A DNA stretch of 26,482 nt from Nitrospirota bacterium (GTDB taxonomy: Bacteria > Nitrospirota > UBA9217): positions 1-26,482 of the forward strand of contig CAVUHW010000032.1 of NCBI GenBank assembly GCA_963741205.1, read 5' to 3'. The notes under the pieces were generated by a model. It made no database searches, was not told where the DNA came from, and saw only the letters and a list, made by a program, of their open reading frames with translations. Below, in pieces: positions 1-9,025 of the stretch. Each line of letters begins with the position of its first letter. The stretch's first letter is position 1. The translations under genes were made by a program, and so were the position numbers.

Positions 1-3
1 CAG

Positions 4-40
4 TTGACAAACATATACCCTTATATGATATAATATACCC
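4..40 (+). promoter_or_regulatory. sigma70 promoter for tnpA (extended -10), probably giving a leaderless mRNA
   Basis: TGnTATAAT at 26-34 ends 6 nt before ATG 41, with no Shine-Dalgarno. TTGACA at 4-9 (19-bp spacer). Direct repeat ATATACCC at 13-20 and 33-40. Confidence 0.65.
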
Positions 41-613
41 ATGAAGCTTAGCGAATGGGCACGTCAGCAGGGGTTGGCCTATAAGACGGTGTGGCGGATG
101 TGGAAGCTGGGACAGTTGCCGGTGCCGGTTGAGCAGCTGCCGACGGGAACGATTATTGTTCACCCTCCGGCATCGTCCGGCGAGGGCGGCACCGCACTCT
201 ATGCCCGGGTGTCTGGCGCCGATCAGAAGGCCGATTTGGACCGTCAGATAGCCAGGCTCAGCGAGTATGCGGCAAGCCGGCAACTGCGCGTTGTCGAGGT
301 GGTCAAAGAGGTAGGTTCCGGCCTGAACGGACATCGCCGCGCCATGCTTCGCATACTGAGAAATCCCGGTGTAAGCACCGTCATCGTAGAGCATAGGGAC
401 AGGTTAATGAGGTTCGGCATCGAATACGTCGAGGCCGCTCTCGCCGCACAGGGTAGAAAACTCATGGTCATCGAACCTGATGAGATGAAGGACGATATCG
501 TGCGCGATCTCCATGAAGTCATCGTTTCCCTATGTGCAAGACTATACGGCAAGCGCTCGGCAAAGAACCGGGCCAAACGCGCAGTCGAGGCCGCCACCGG
601 AGTCAAGGAATGA
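41..613 (+). CDS. tnpA: IS607-family transposase (MerR-like HTH plus serine recombinase)
   Basis: MKLSEWARQQGLAYKTVWRM HTH, catalytic YARVS, EVGSGLN, EHRDRLMRFG, ARLYGKRS; 190 aa. Confidence 0.95.
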   Translation: MKLSEWARQQGLAYKTVWRMWKLGQLPVPVEQLPTGTIIVHPPASSGEGGTALYARVSGADQKADLDRQIARLSEYAASRQLRVVEVVKEVGSGLNGHRRAMLRILRNPGVSTVIVEHRDRLMRFGIEYVEAALAAQGRKLMVIEPDEMKDDIVRDLHEVIVSLCARLYGKRSAKNRAKRAVEAATGVKE

Positions 614-2148
614 GGGAGCATCGTACCTACCAGTGCCGCATCGCCGCGGACAGCGGCACCGATGCCGCTCTTACGGCCTATGCAGCGCTTTACAGCAAGG
701 CTGAGAGAACGCTTTTTGCCAAGCTACGGTCTGGCGGCAATCTCACCGACCTTAAACGAGAATTTATACCGAAGTTCGGGATAACCGCCAGGCAGTTCAA
801 TGCAATGGCCGCGGTGCTTAAGGGCAAGATCGCATCAATTAAGGAGCGAAGGACCGGACTAATTCAGGAGATGGAGAAAAGGATCGGGAAGGCGAAGAAC
901 GTGCTTTCCGAAATCACCGATCCCGCCAAGAGGCATCAGAAAAAGCGTCGTATCGCAAACCTGGTCACCCGGCTCGATCAACTCAAAGCCGATAAAGAGG
1001 CAGACAATGTCCGCCTCTGCTTTGGAAGCAGGAAGCTGTTCAGATCACAATTTAGTCTTACGGCAAATGAATACGTTTCCCGTACCGACTGGAAGAAGGA
1101 CTGGCAGCAGGCCCGGAGCAGTCAGTTCTTCGTGATCGGGTCAAAGGACGAGACGGCAGGATGTCAGGGATGCGTTGCCACTGCGCAGAGTAGCGGCAGT
1201 ATTTCACTCAAGCTTCGGATGCCGAATGCTTTGGCTCGAAATAGCAAATACCTGGATATTCAGGGTCTCCGGTTTAACCACGGCCATAATGAAATTATTG
1301 CCGCTATATATAGGCGACTGTCCAGTGACAAGTCTCTATGGCAGCCGGTTAACTACCGCTTCGTGAAAGACGCCAAGGGATGGCGGGTGTTCGTCACGGT
1401 GTCTCTTCCTGAAATCCCTCGTATATCGCAAAAAAGCATCGGAGTAGTCGGCATCGATATAAACGCCGGCCATCTGGCTGTTACCGAGACAGACAGATTC
1501 GGCAACCCGGCAGAGTATTTCACGGTTCCCTGCGTTACCTACGGCAAGACATCGAAACAGCGGCTTGCCGTAATCGGCGATGCCGTAAAACAGGCCGTTG
1601 AATTCGCGGTTTTGAAGCAAAAGCCGCTTGTCATCGAGAAACTGGATTTTTCCAAGAAGAAGTCAGTCCTTGAGAAGGAATCCCGTAAATATGCACGGAT
1701 GCTGTCCTCGTTCGCGTATACCGGGATTCAGACAATCTTAAGGGCCAGGGCGTTCGATTCCGGGATAGAGGTTCATGAGGTCAATCCCGCGTACACGTCG
1801 GTAATCGGGAGATTCAAGTTCAGCGCCCGATACGGGATGTCTGCGCATAACAGCGCGGCGCTCGTAATCGGACGGAGGTTCATGGGACTTCGGGAGACGC
1901 TGCCAAATCAGCTTCACGGCACCCTGCCGCTATCCGTGAGAAATCGCGGCAAGCATGTGTGGAGCAAGTGGGCGGCCGTCTCTGGAATCTCTCAAGCAGC
2001 GCATGCAGCGCACGGACGGTCCCGTATTCGACGGGATCCTCGCCGTCACCTGGACTCCCCGCAGGGAGCCAAGGCACGGCTTGCGACCACACCGTCCGTC
2101 GCCGGTGAAATCCCGGCGGGCGAATCGTCACCAGCACTGTTCGGGTGA
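610..2148 (+). CDS. tnpB: TnpB-related RNA-guided protein (IS607-associated, long form, ~512 aa)
   Basis: RuvC-I GIDIN, RuvC-II VIEKLDF, VNPAYTS; RuvC-III reads AHNSAA. Start placed at ATG 610, which overlaps the tnpA stop. Confidence 0.88.
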   Translation: MREHRTYQCRIAADSGTDAALTAYAALYSKAERTLFAKLRSGGNLTDLKREFIPKFGITARQFNAMAAVLKGKIASIKERRTGLIQEMEKRIGKAKNVLSEITDPAKRHQKKRRIANLVTRLDQLKADKEADNVRLCFGSRKLFRSQFSLTANEYVSRTDWKKDWQQARSSQFFVIGSKDETAGCQGCVATAQSSGSISLKLRMPNALARNSKYLDIQGLRFNHGHNEIIAAIYRRLSSDKSLWQPVNYRFVKDAKGWRVFVTVSLPEIPRISQKSIGVVGIDINAGHLAVTETDRFGNPAEYFTVPCVTYGKTSKQRLAVIGDAVKQAVEFAVLKQKPLVIEKLDFSKKKSVLEKESRKYARMLSSFAYTGIQTILRARAFDSGIEVHEVNPAYTSVIGRFKFSARYGMSAHNSAALVIGRRFMGLRETLPNQLHGTLPLSVRNRGKHVWSKWAAVSGISQAAHAAHGRSRIRRDPRRHLDSPQGAKARLATTPSVAGEIPAGESSPALFG

Positions 2149-2210
2149 CGTTATGGACACCAGGAATATTTGTCCATAGATTAAGGAACGACATAATGGT
2201 TGACAGTTAA
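2095..2210 (+). ncRNA. Putative TnpB omega/reRNA 3' scaffold plus flanking guide
   Basis: Three hairpins: CGCCGG/CCGGCG (2100-2118), CGTCACC/GGTGACG (2126-2150), TATGGACA/TGTCCATA (2152-2178). They overlap the tnpB 3' end, as TnpB reRNAs do. The 5' boundary is unknown. Confidence 0.55.
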
Positions 2211-2293
2211 AGAAAAGTGACCTGCCCCTTGCAACGTGGGTTATACTTGAGAACCCGTTCTCAAATACAGAGCCACAACCAAGGAGGCAGGCC

Positions 2294-3406
2294 ATGAAAC
2301 ATTTTATCACATTCGTCGGACTTGATGTACACAAAGATACCATTGATATTGCGATAGCCGAATCAGGTGACGACAAGGAAGTCCGCCATTACGGAAAAAT
2401 CGACGGAGACCTCGTGGCATTGGATAAAGCCATCAGGAAGCTCCGGAGCAAAGGGGCGGAACTTCACTTTGTCTATGAAGCCGGTCCCTGTGGCTATGAT
2501 ATTTATCGTCATCTGACAAGGCAGGGATTTTCGTGCATCGTGGTAGCCCCCTCTCTGATTCCGAAAAAGAGCGGGGACCGGGTCAAGACAGATCGACGTG
2601 ATGCAATAAGCCTTGCCCGTTTGTACCGCTCCGGAGAACTGACAGCAGTTTATGTTCCCCGCGAGGACGACGAAGCCATGCGGGATTTAACCCGTGCGCG
2701 AGAGGACGCAGTCAGCGCATCACGCATCGCCCGTCAGCGGCTTGGGGCCATGCTCCTGCGGCTGGGGTACCGGTATGGCCGCAAATCGTTGTGGAGCACA
2801 GCCCATTTCAACTGGCTGTCCACGATCAAGATGCCGCATCCAGCGCAGCAGATCGCGTTTCAAGAGTATATCCATGCCATCAGGGAATGCAGCGACCGGG
2901 TGAACCGCCTGACTGAACAAATACAACAACTCATCCCGGACTGGAGGCTTGCGCCGGTGGTCAAGGCCCTGCAATCGCTTCGAGGGGTATCAATCATGGT
3001 CGCCACAACCACGATAGCCGAGATTGGCGACTTGAGTCGCTTTGCAAATCCGCGACAGCTTATGGCATATCTGGGTCTGGTGCCGTCCGAGCAATCCAGC
3101 GGGAAGAAGGAAAAACGCGGTGGCATCACCAAAACCGGCAATGGGCATGTCAGGCGCGCCCTTGTGGAGGCAGCGCAAGCATATCATCACCAGGCCCGCG
3201 TCAGCAGGTTACTGCTTGCAAGGCAGGAAGACCTGCCCGATAGCATCCGCAAGATCTCCTGGAAAGCCCAGGTGAGGCTGTGCGGTCGCTTCCGGAAACT
3301 AACCGGCCGGGGGAAAACCAGGAACAAGGTCGTGACCGCGATCGCCCGAGAGCTATCCGCCTTCATGTGGGCCATTGCGAAAGAAGTGCCAATCCAGTAC
3401 GCATAA
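2294..3406 (+). CDS. IS110-family DEDD transposase/recombinase
   Basis: GLDVHK, YEAGPCG, KTDRRDA (DEDD tetrad); C-terminal YLGLVPSEQSSG and GITKTGN; SD AAGGAGG. Confidence 0.95.
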   Translation: MKHFITFVGLDVHKDTIDIAIAESGDDKEVRHYGKIDGDLVALDKAIRKLRSKGAELHFVYEAGPCGYDIYRHLTRQGFSCIVVAPSLIPKKSGDRVKTDRRDAISLARLYRSGELTAVYVPREDDEAMRDLTRAREDAVSASRIARQRLGAMLLRLGYRYGRKSLWSTAHFNWLSTIKMPHPAQQIAFQEYIHAIRECSDRVNRLTEQIQQLIPDWRLAPVVKALQSLRGVSIMVATTTIAEIGDLSRFANPRQLMAYLGLVPSEQSSGKKEKRGGITKTGNGHVRRALVEAAQAYHHQARVSRLLLARQEDLPDSIRKISWKAQVRLCGRFRKLTGRGKTRNKVVTAIARELSAFMWAIAKEVPIQYA

Positions 3407-3494
3407 GCATATTATCAAAGGGCTACGAACCATAAAGGAGGCCATATACAGCAACAATAAAAACATCCAAGGCAGAAGCAGGGACGTGGTCGCG

Positions 3495-3630
3495 TTTTAG
3501 GGAGAACCCTCGAACCTACTATGGAATAAGGCAATGCCGAACTTCCGCTACTAGACCGAGGAAGCTCCCCGGCGAAAACAAGTCATGCGGTCAAACCCGC
3601 GAATATCAGAGTGATCAAACGTCGAACAAC
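3495..3630 (+). ncRNA. Putative bridge/seek RNA with target- and donor-binding loops
   Basis: Stem CCTCG(3508-12)/CGAGG(3557-61) encloses ACCTACT (reverse complement of the right flank AGTAGGT) and GCTACTAG. A second loop contains ATATCAGA (3603-10), matching the predicted circle junction. Confidence 0.65.
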
Positions 3631-4082
3631 AGGCCCCGTCTCTGGTTGTGCCTTGGATCTATACTGAATACGTGAACCTTTATAACAAGGGACAGGGAAA
3701 CTATTTTCTCCTTGACAACTGTCAACCATATCAGTAGGTGTTGTTGCCGACCGGGAAAGAGAAGACTGATCTTTTCTGATTGAAATGTTTAGCGGTAACA
3801 TCATCCTGAAGGTCACAGCCGTTTAGATTTATCGAATGTGTAAGTTTCCCCCCGAATTTATTAACATCCACAAGAAAGACCCTGTTCCCGTTATCCAATC
3901 GGAATATCCAATCGGAATTATTGACAATTCAGGGCATCAAGCATATATTTATTCAACATACCGTGAGAGTTTTAGCATGTTGACTGTGACAGTCGTTAGC
4001 GCAAATCCAATGTTATCATATCAGTAGACCATCCACAATAAAAGATAAGGTGAAGTAATAACATAATGTTCGATGAGGTGTT

Positions 4083-5822
4083 ATGAAGAACAAAACTATT
4101 AACGAGAGAACATTGTTTAATAAAGACGGCTCTCAGACAGCGGAAATGTTTACTACTGTTTTGAACAATATTTCGCAGGGGATGGTCATTGTTGGGCCGG
4201 ACTATACCGTGCTGGCATTCAACAAACAGTTGGAGACAATTTTTGGTTTACCGGAGGGTGCACTCGAGGTAGGCCGTGATTTCAGAGATGTTCTCAAGGG
4301 ATGGGCTGATGTAACGGGACAAACACAGGATATCCTTAAACAGACTTTACGAGAGCTTGACCAGCCCAATCCCTTTGAAATTGAATTCCCGCAAACGAAA
4401 CAAGGGGTTAATCAATGGTGTCTCCTGACCCATCACCCTTTGCCCTCAAAGGGATTTGTGAGGGCATATTCTGACATCACCGCGAGGAAAAAGGCGGATG
4501 AGCAGCATAGGTATGATGCCTTCCACGATCCCCTGACAGGCCTTCCGAACCGGGCACTTTTCATGGACCGGCTCCAACATATCATCACCGTATCGCAACG
4601 ACGACACGGCACTTTTAACTACGCGGTCTTTTTTCTCGACATGGACCGGTTTAAGATCATCAACGACAGCCACGGCCATACCGTCGGCGATCAACTTCTC
4701 ATCGTCGTCGGTCGCAAGCTGGCCGATTGCATCCGGCCCGGAGATACCATCGCGCGGCTGGGTGGTGATGAATTTGCCCTTCTCTTGCAGAACATCAACG
4801 ATCCCGCTAACGCAATCACCGTCGCCGAACGGATCCGTGAAAAATTGGCCGCTCCGCTCGATATCAGAGGCCATAAGATATTCACCTCTATCAGCATAGG
4901 AATCGCCTTAGGCTCGGAAGGCTATGAACGGCCGGAACAGGTCCTTCGCGACGCGGACATCGCGATGTACGAGGCAAAAGGACGGAGAAATGCATCGTAT
5001 GAGATCTTCGATATCAGGCTGCATGCCAATATCCTGGATCGGATGCAACTGGTGGCCGACCTGAGGGGAGCAGTCGACAATAAGGAACTTACTCTCTACT
5101 ATCAGCCCATCATCGACCTGAACAAGCAACAGTTGGCGGGATTTGAAGCACTCGTCCGATGGAATCATCCGAAGCGTGGGCTCATCTACCCCATGGAGTT
5201 CATCCCCTTGGCAGAGGAGCAGGGACTCATCTATCAGATCGGTGCATGGATTCTTCACGAAGCCTGCCGCGAGCTGAAATTACTTCAGACGCGGTACCCC
5301 TCGCAGCAGCCGCTCACTATGAGCATCAACATTTCAAGCAGACAATTCTCGCAGCAGGATCTGGTCGGTATACTATCCGGATGTCTCAAAGAGACAGGAG
5401 TTGATCCGCACACTTTGATATTGGAAATCACCGAGAGTATGATCATGGAGAACGTCAGTGCCGCCGTGGAGACAATGAACCGACTTCGCAACTTAGGGAT
5501 ACAGCTCCATATTGATGATTTTGGCACCGGGCATTCTTCGCTGAGTTACCTGCAACTCTTCCCGGTGAGTGCGCTCAAGATCGACCGCAGTTTTATCAAC
5601 AAACTTACCACGAGCGGTGGCAATCAGGAAATCATCACACACATCGTTTCCCTGGCCAAGAGCCTGAATTTCGAGGTGATTGCAGAAGGAGTCGAAATGG
5701 AGCATCAATTAGCCAACGTCAAGAATCTGCATTGCGGCTATGGCCAGGGTTTCCTCTTTGCCCGTCCCATGGCTTTTAATGCAATTGACGCGTGGATGCA
5801 AGACCATGAGCGTCAAATCTAA
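4083..5822 (+). CDS. PAS-GGDEF-EAL diguanylate cyclase/phosphodiesterase
   Basis: N-terminal PAS fold, HDPLTGLPNR, RPGD I-site, RLGGDEF, FEALVRW, IDDFGTGHSSL, AEGVE, QGFLFARP. Confidence 0.95.
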   Translation: MKNKTINERTLFNKDGSQTAEMFTTVLNNISQGMVIVGPDYTVLAFNKQLETIFGLPEGALEVGRDFRDVLKGWADVTGQTQDILKQTLRELDQPNPFEIEFPQTKQGVNQWCLLTHHPLPSKGFVRAYSDITARKKADEQHRYDAFHDPLTGLPNRALFMDRLQHIITVSQRRHGTFNYAVFFLDMDRFKIINDSHGHTVGDQLLIVVGRKLADCIRPGDTIARLGGDEFALLLQNINDPANAITVAERIREKLAAPLDIRGHKIFTSISIGIALGSEGYERPEQVLRDADIAMYEAKGRRNASYEIFDIRLHANILDRMQLVADLRGAVDNKELTLYYQPIIDLNKQQLAGFEALVRWNHPKRGLIYPMEFIPLAEEQGLIYQIGAWILHEACRELKLLQTRYPSQQPLTMSINISSRQFSQQDLVGILSGCLKETGVDPHTLILEITESMIMENVSAAVETMNRLRNLGIQLHIDDFGTGHSSLSYLQLFPVSALKIDRSFINKLTTSGGNQEIITHIVSLAKSLNFEVIAEGVEMEHQLANVKNLHCGYGQGFLFARPMAFNAIDAWMQDHERQI

Positions 5823-6040
5823 GGCATAATAATTCGGGATCAGGTGTCCGCTAATTGGATCCGTTGTGAACTACGCGAGAGCGTCGCTATAGGAGAGGCC
5901 CAGGATCAGCAAAGAAGCGGATAATTCCGTTTGAAGTATTCAGCGAGCCATCCATCCTGAAGTTCACGCCAGATAGAAATCGCAGATATGCGCACTTCAT
6001 GTCGAACTTCTCTTTTGAACTGACGTCTACATAACGCAAG

Positions 6041-6076
6041 AGAGCCGTTTCCAAGGAAAGGAAACGGCTCTTTTAT
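6041..6076. terminator. Intrinsic terminator, probably bidirectional, between convergent genes
   Basis: Perfect 12-bp stem AGAGCCGTTTCC/GGAAACGGCTCT followed by TTTATT on the + strand. Confidence 0.8.
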
Positions 6077-6102
6077 TCATGTTGATGTGCGGATGAAACT
6101 TA

Positions 6103-6756
6103 CTACGGCCAAAAACGCGTCTCGTGACAAGAAGAAGTATTAGACGGAGTACATGACCTGGCCGTGAAGCTGTACGTAATGCTGCTGGCGATATCCACAG
6201 TCCCGTTGTCGTGTGTTTGCCATGCCAGCGCGTGACAATTCGTACAGACAAAGTTGGTCTGTTGCATGTGGAACACGTGTTTTCCGGTATTCGGCGGAAA
6301 GGCATGACATGAGGAACAGTCATAGAATGTCTCCGCATGGCAGCTCGTGCAGGAAGGTCCGCTTCCCGGGACGCCCTTGAAATCCGCCCCGTGGCACGCC
6401 GCGTTGGAGCAGGCCGTGAGAATCGTGGGGCCGTTCAATACATAATCCCGGTGATTGAGATCGGCGTCATCCTGCCATGCTGCGGGATGGATCGACAAGG
6501 GACCGCCCAGATGACAGGTCGTACAGGACACCTTAACGATCCCGCCGCTCAGGTCCTCGCCGTGGCATTCCTTGCAGGAGAGGGCGCCGTTATTTTCCAC
6601 TGCGGTACGATGATCCTGCGGCACCCATCCTGCCGCATGTTTTTGCGCATCGGCATCAAAGGGGGCCTGGGAATTCGGGGTGCTGCAAGCCCAGAGCAAA
6701 GCGGCCCCGGCGAGAAGCAGCGCGGCGACCACCGTCAATTTTATTTTATATGACAT
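6103..6756 (-). CDS. Multiheme c-type cytochrome lipoprotein (ExtD-like position), up to 7 hemes
   Basis: Lipobox LLWA|C. Five CxxCH plus CSNAACH (CX4CH) and CTPSNTSSCH (CX7CH). Start ATG 6756 chosen for the GAGAGG SD. Confidence 0.88.
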   Translation of the reverse strand: MSYKIKLTVVAALLLAGAALLWACSTPNSQAPFDADAQKHAAGWVPQDHRTAVENNGALSCKECHGEDLSGGIVKVSCTTCHLGGPLSIHPAAWQDDADLNHRDYVLNGPTILTACSNAACHGADFKGVPGSGPSCTSCHAETFYDCSSCHAFPPNTGKHVFHMQQTNFVCTNCHALAWQTHDNGTVDIASSITYSFTARSCTPSNTSSCHETRFWP

Positions 6757-7187
6757 ACTCTGCACCTCTCATTATTCTGACGACCATGACAGGGAAAGCA
6801 CGAAGCCGGGTTTATCCTGCCGTCGATCTGATGCTGGTTCAGATAGTCTCCCCGGTGTGGCAGCGACCGTTCCGGTGAAGCTTTGTACTTGTCGCTCGGC
6901 TTCAACTCTTCCTTGTGGGCGTGGCAGTCGGAACAAAAGGATTCCTTGTGGCAGACGCCGCAGGCTTGGCTGTTCTGAGCTGCGTAGAACTTGTGACGGG
7001 TGATGTAATCAGGCGTATGATTCATCGCGGCCCGGCCGTCGTTATGGCAGTCGCTGCACTGAGGAGGCGCCGTCACCTCCACCGGATGCCAAGCCGCCAT
7101 ACTCGCCGTCTTTGCACAGGCGAAGAGGGCCGCGGCCAACGCCGGCAGAAGCAGCAGAAATATCGCTTTTCCTGTTTTATTGCTCAT
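6741..7187 (-). CDS. Pentaheme c-type cytochrome lipoprotein (ExtC/ExtF-like)
   Basis: Lipobox ALFA|C. Five CxxCH (CSDCH, CGVCH, CSDCH, CFPCH, CRVCH). Lies directly after the porin gene. Confidence 0.9.
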   Translation of the reverse strand: MSNKTGKAIFLLLLPALAAALFACAKTASMAAWHPVEVTAPPQCSDCHNDGRAAMNHTPDYITRHKFYAAQNSQACGVCHKESFCSDCHAHKEELKPSDKYKASPERSLPHRGDYLNQHQIDGRINPASCFPCHGRQNNERCRVCHIK

Positions 7188-7188
7188 G

Positions 7189-8502
7189 CTACACCCCCTT
7201 CTTCTGCTTACCGTAGCCGAGATCGAACCGGTAGTTCAGTTTAAAGAAGCCACGGACTTCCTTGTCGAAATCGGGGTTCTTCGCGTACTCTACGTCCGCG
7301 CCCACATTCAACCGCTCCCTCACCTCATACATGGCGGCCAGGGACACCGAATAGGCGTCCTTCACGCCGTTTATGGCCTCCTTGTACGCCACATCGAGAG
7401 CGTCAAGCGTGAGGTCGGTCTTGCCGAATTTCTTAAACCCGTACGCGCGATACTCCGTATACTTCAGGCGGTCCGTATCGCCTTCCATTGCGTGGATAGA
7501 CAGTCCCGCGCCTCCGGATTTCATCACGCTGTACCGGATGTTCCCGCCGAAGTATTTCGCGTTACCGGCGATCTTATAATCGAATTGCTTGTAATCCACG
7601 GACAGGTTCAGTTTATCGTTCACTGCGTAAGCAACCTCTTCCCCCAGGATCGTGACCTTTTCATTGGGGTCTATGGCAACCGGATCGAAAAAGAACGCCG
7701 CTGATGTCGCCCCCGTGAAAAAGGACTTATAATCGATCATGGACGCCGTCGTATTAAGTCTCACATTCGCAAACGGTCCGAGTACGAGGACGTAGGTATG
7801 TTCCATCCATTCCTTCGTAATGGCATTATAGTTCGATTTTCCCAGGAGTTCTACCTTGTTCACGGGTCTGAGCCAGAGGTCTATTCCCTGTTCCTTGCGG
7901 AAGTCTTCGCTGTTTTTCTCCTCTTTCAAAGCGGAGACGCCGATCCGGTACAGTCCGGGAATTTGGTGGGATAATCGCGCGCCGTAGATGACGTTGTTGC
8001 CGGGCGTATCCGTCTCCGTCTCCACGGGGACCCCGCCAAAGGCCGACACGCCGAAATTGGCCAGAAGGTCGGTCCGCGCATAGACGCCGTCCACCCTCTC
8101 TGCCGCAACGCCTTCGAAGACCATGGTCCTGCCGAGGTTAACGACCGAATTGCCGGTTGCTCTTTTATAGCTCAGATAACCGTATTGCAAATCGGAGTTG
8201 GATCTCTTGCCGAACGACTCATCCTGAAGGTCGTACCTGCCCCACCCTCCGAAATGCGCCGAGAATGCGCCATCGGGGGTATTTTGCACCGAGAAATCGA
8301 GGTACTCGTACAGGGGCAGCAAATTGCTCTTATCAGCGGTCTCCCTGGATTGCAGGTAGGTGTTCGATGACCCCGTCACGTCGACTGCGCTGGAAACGGC
8401 GGGAAACAGGGCGCAGCAGATAAAAAACGACAGCGCAGCCGTCGCAATCCGCTGCACCACGATACCGCCCGGTTTTTGAAGAAACAAGTTCTTTCTCTTC
8501 AA
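7189..8502 (-). CDS. Outer-membrane beta-barrel porin of a porin-cytochrome conduit
   Basis: Signal peptide ...FPAVSSA|V. Alternating amphipathic Tyr/Gly-rich strands ending LNYRF. No heme motif. Probable TTG start at 8502 after GGAGGG (ORF is open from 8529). Confidence 0.8.
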   Translation of the reverse strand: MKRKNLFLQKPGGIVVQRIATAALSFFICCALFPAVSSAVDVTGSSNTYLQSRETADKSNLLPLYEYLDFSVQNTPDGAFSAHFGGWGRYDLQDESFGKRSNSDLQYGYLSYKRATGNSVVNLGRTMVFEGVAAERVDGVYARTDLLANFGVSAFGGVPVETETDTPGNNVIYGARLSHQIPGLYRIGVSALKEEKNSEDFRKEQGIDLWLRPVNKVELLGKSNYNAITKEWMEHTYVLVLGPFANVRLNTTASMIDYKSFFTGATSAAFFFDPVAIDPNEKVTILGEEVAYAVNDKLNLSVDYKQFDYKIAGNAKYFGGNIRYSVMKSGGAGLSIHAMEGDTDRLKYTEYRAYGFKKFGKTDLTLDALDVAYKEAINGVKDAYSVSLAAMYEVRERLNVGADVEYAKNPDFDKEVRGFFKLNYRFDLGYGKQKKGV

Positions 8503-8889
8503 AATATTGCCCTCCTTTCTTCTTTCCATTTTGGGCTACTGGTTCATTTATTCCACAAAATTAATTTCATATTGTCTGAATCTTTCCTTGCCCGGCGAGT
8601 GTAAGAAAGCCAACGGAAGAGGGTGCGTCCCCGAAACATCCTAGGTTCAACATTCTTTCTCCAGTATCCGAGTCCCGAATAGAGAGACAAACAAAGCTCA
8701 AACATGTATTAACAACACCGCGAGATCAGAAAGAGCGCGCTGCGCGGTAGTTGGTGGCCCTTTGATCACAGCGATCCTTGGAGAACCGACAAATACCAGG
8801 TGAAGTATGTAGTCACAAAATCATCCTGCCCTGCGGCAGGGCGCTCCGTATATCCTTACTTCTTACTTGCCATAAGAGCATTCGAAAAT

Positions 8890-8937
8890 AAAAAAGCCGG
8901 GCGCCTGAGTATCGAAAGATATTTCGGCAGCCCGGCT
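8890..8937 (-). terminator. Riboswitch expression-platform terminator
   Basis: Minus strand AGCCGGGCTGCC...GGCGCCCGGCTTTTTT; the 5' arm is the 3' end of the aptamer. Confidence 0.75.
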
Positions 8938-8996
8938 ATCTCAGAGAGACCCTAGGTTTTCCGCCCCACCCTCGCGGATGGTTGAGTATTTTTATC
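8918..8996 (-). ncRNA. GEMM-I (c-di-GMP-I class) riboswitch, 3',3'-cGAMP-selective A20 variant
   Basis: Minus strand GATAAAAATACTCAACCATCCGCGAGGGTGGGGCGGAAAACCTAGGGTCTCTCTGAGATAGCCGGGCTGCCGAAATATC closely resembles Geobacter GEMM-Ib aptamers. A at the G20-equivalent position (8987). Confidence 0.9.
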
Positions 8997-9025
8997 TATC
9001 TGCTGCTATGTGATACGAACTGCCT

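Larger units (their letters stand above)
1..2190 (+). mobile_element. IS607-family insertion sequence (tnpA-tnpB); left end probably lies outside the window
   Basis: Serine recombinase and TnpB genes overlap at ATGA (610-613). Structured 3' end finishes ...TTAAGGAACG at 2190, directly before the IS110 left end. Confidence 0.85.
2190..3734 (+). mobile_element. IS110-family, IS1111-type element with sub-terminal inverted repeats
   Basis: Perfect 13-bp IR ATGGTTGACAGTT (2196-2208) / AACTGTCAACCAT (3717-3729). Long non-coding region 3' of the transposase. Predicted circle junction puts the IRs 10 bp apart and joins TTGACA (3712-3717) to CATAAT (2192-2197) with an 18-bp spacer. Confidence 0.88.

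Noticed and set aside
532-609. TnpB start at 532
   Set aside because: It overlaps tnpA by 82 nt; the ATGA coupling at 610 is the usual arrangement.
4083-5822. GGDEF domain as the cGAMP synthase for the riboswitch
   Set aside because: It keeps the guanine-specifying Asp (NDSHGHTVGD); Hypr enzymes have Ser or Thr there.
8700-8845. IS200-like remnant (hairpin GCCCTGC-G-GCAGGGC, minus frame YILHLVFV)
   Set aside because: No start codon, no HUH motif, and the similarity is too short.
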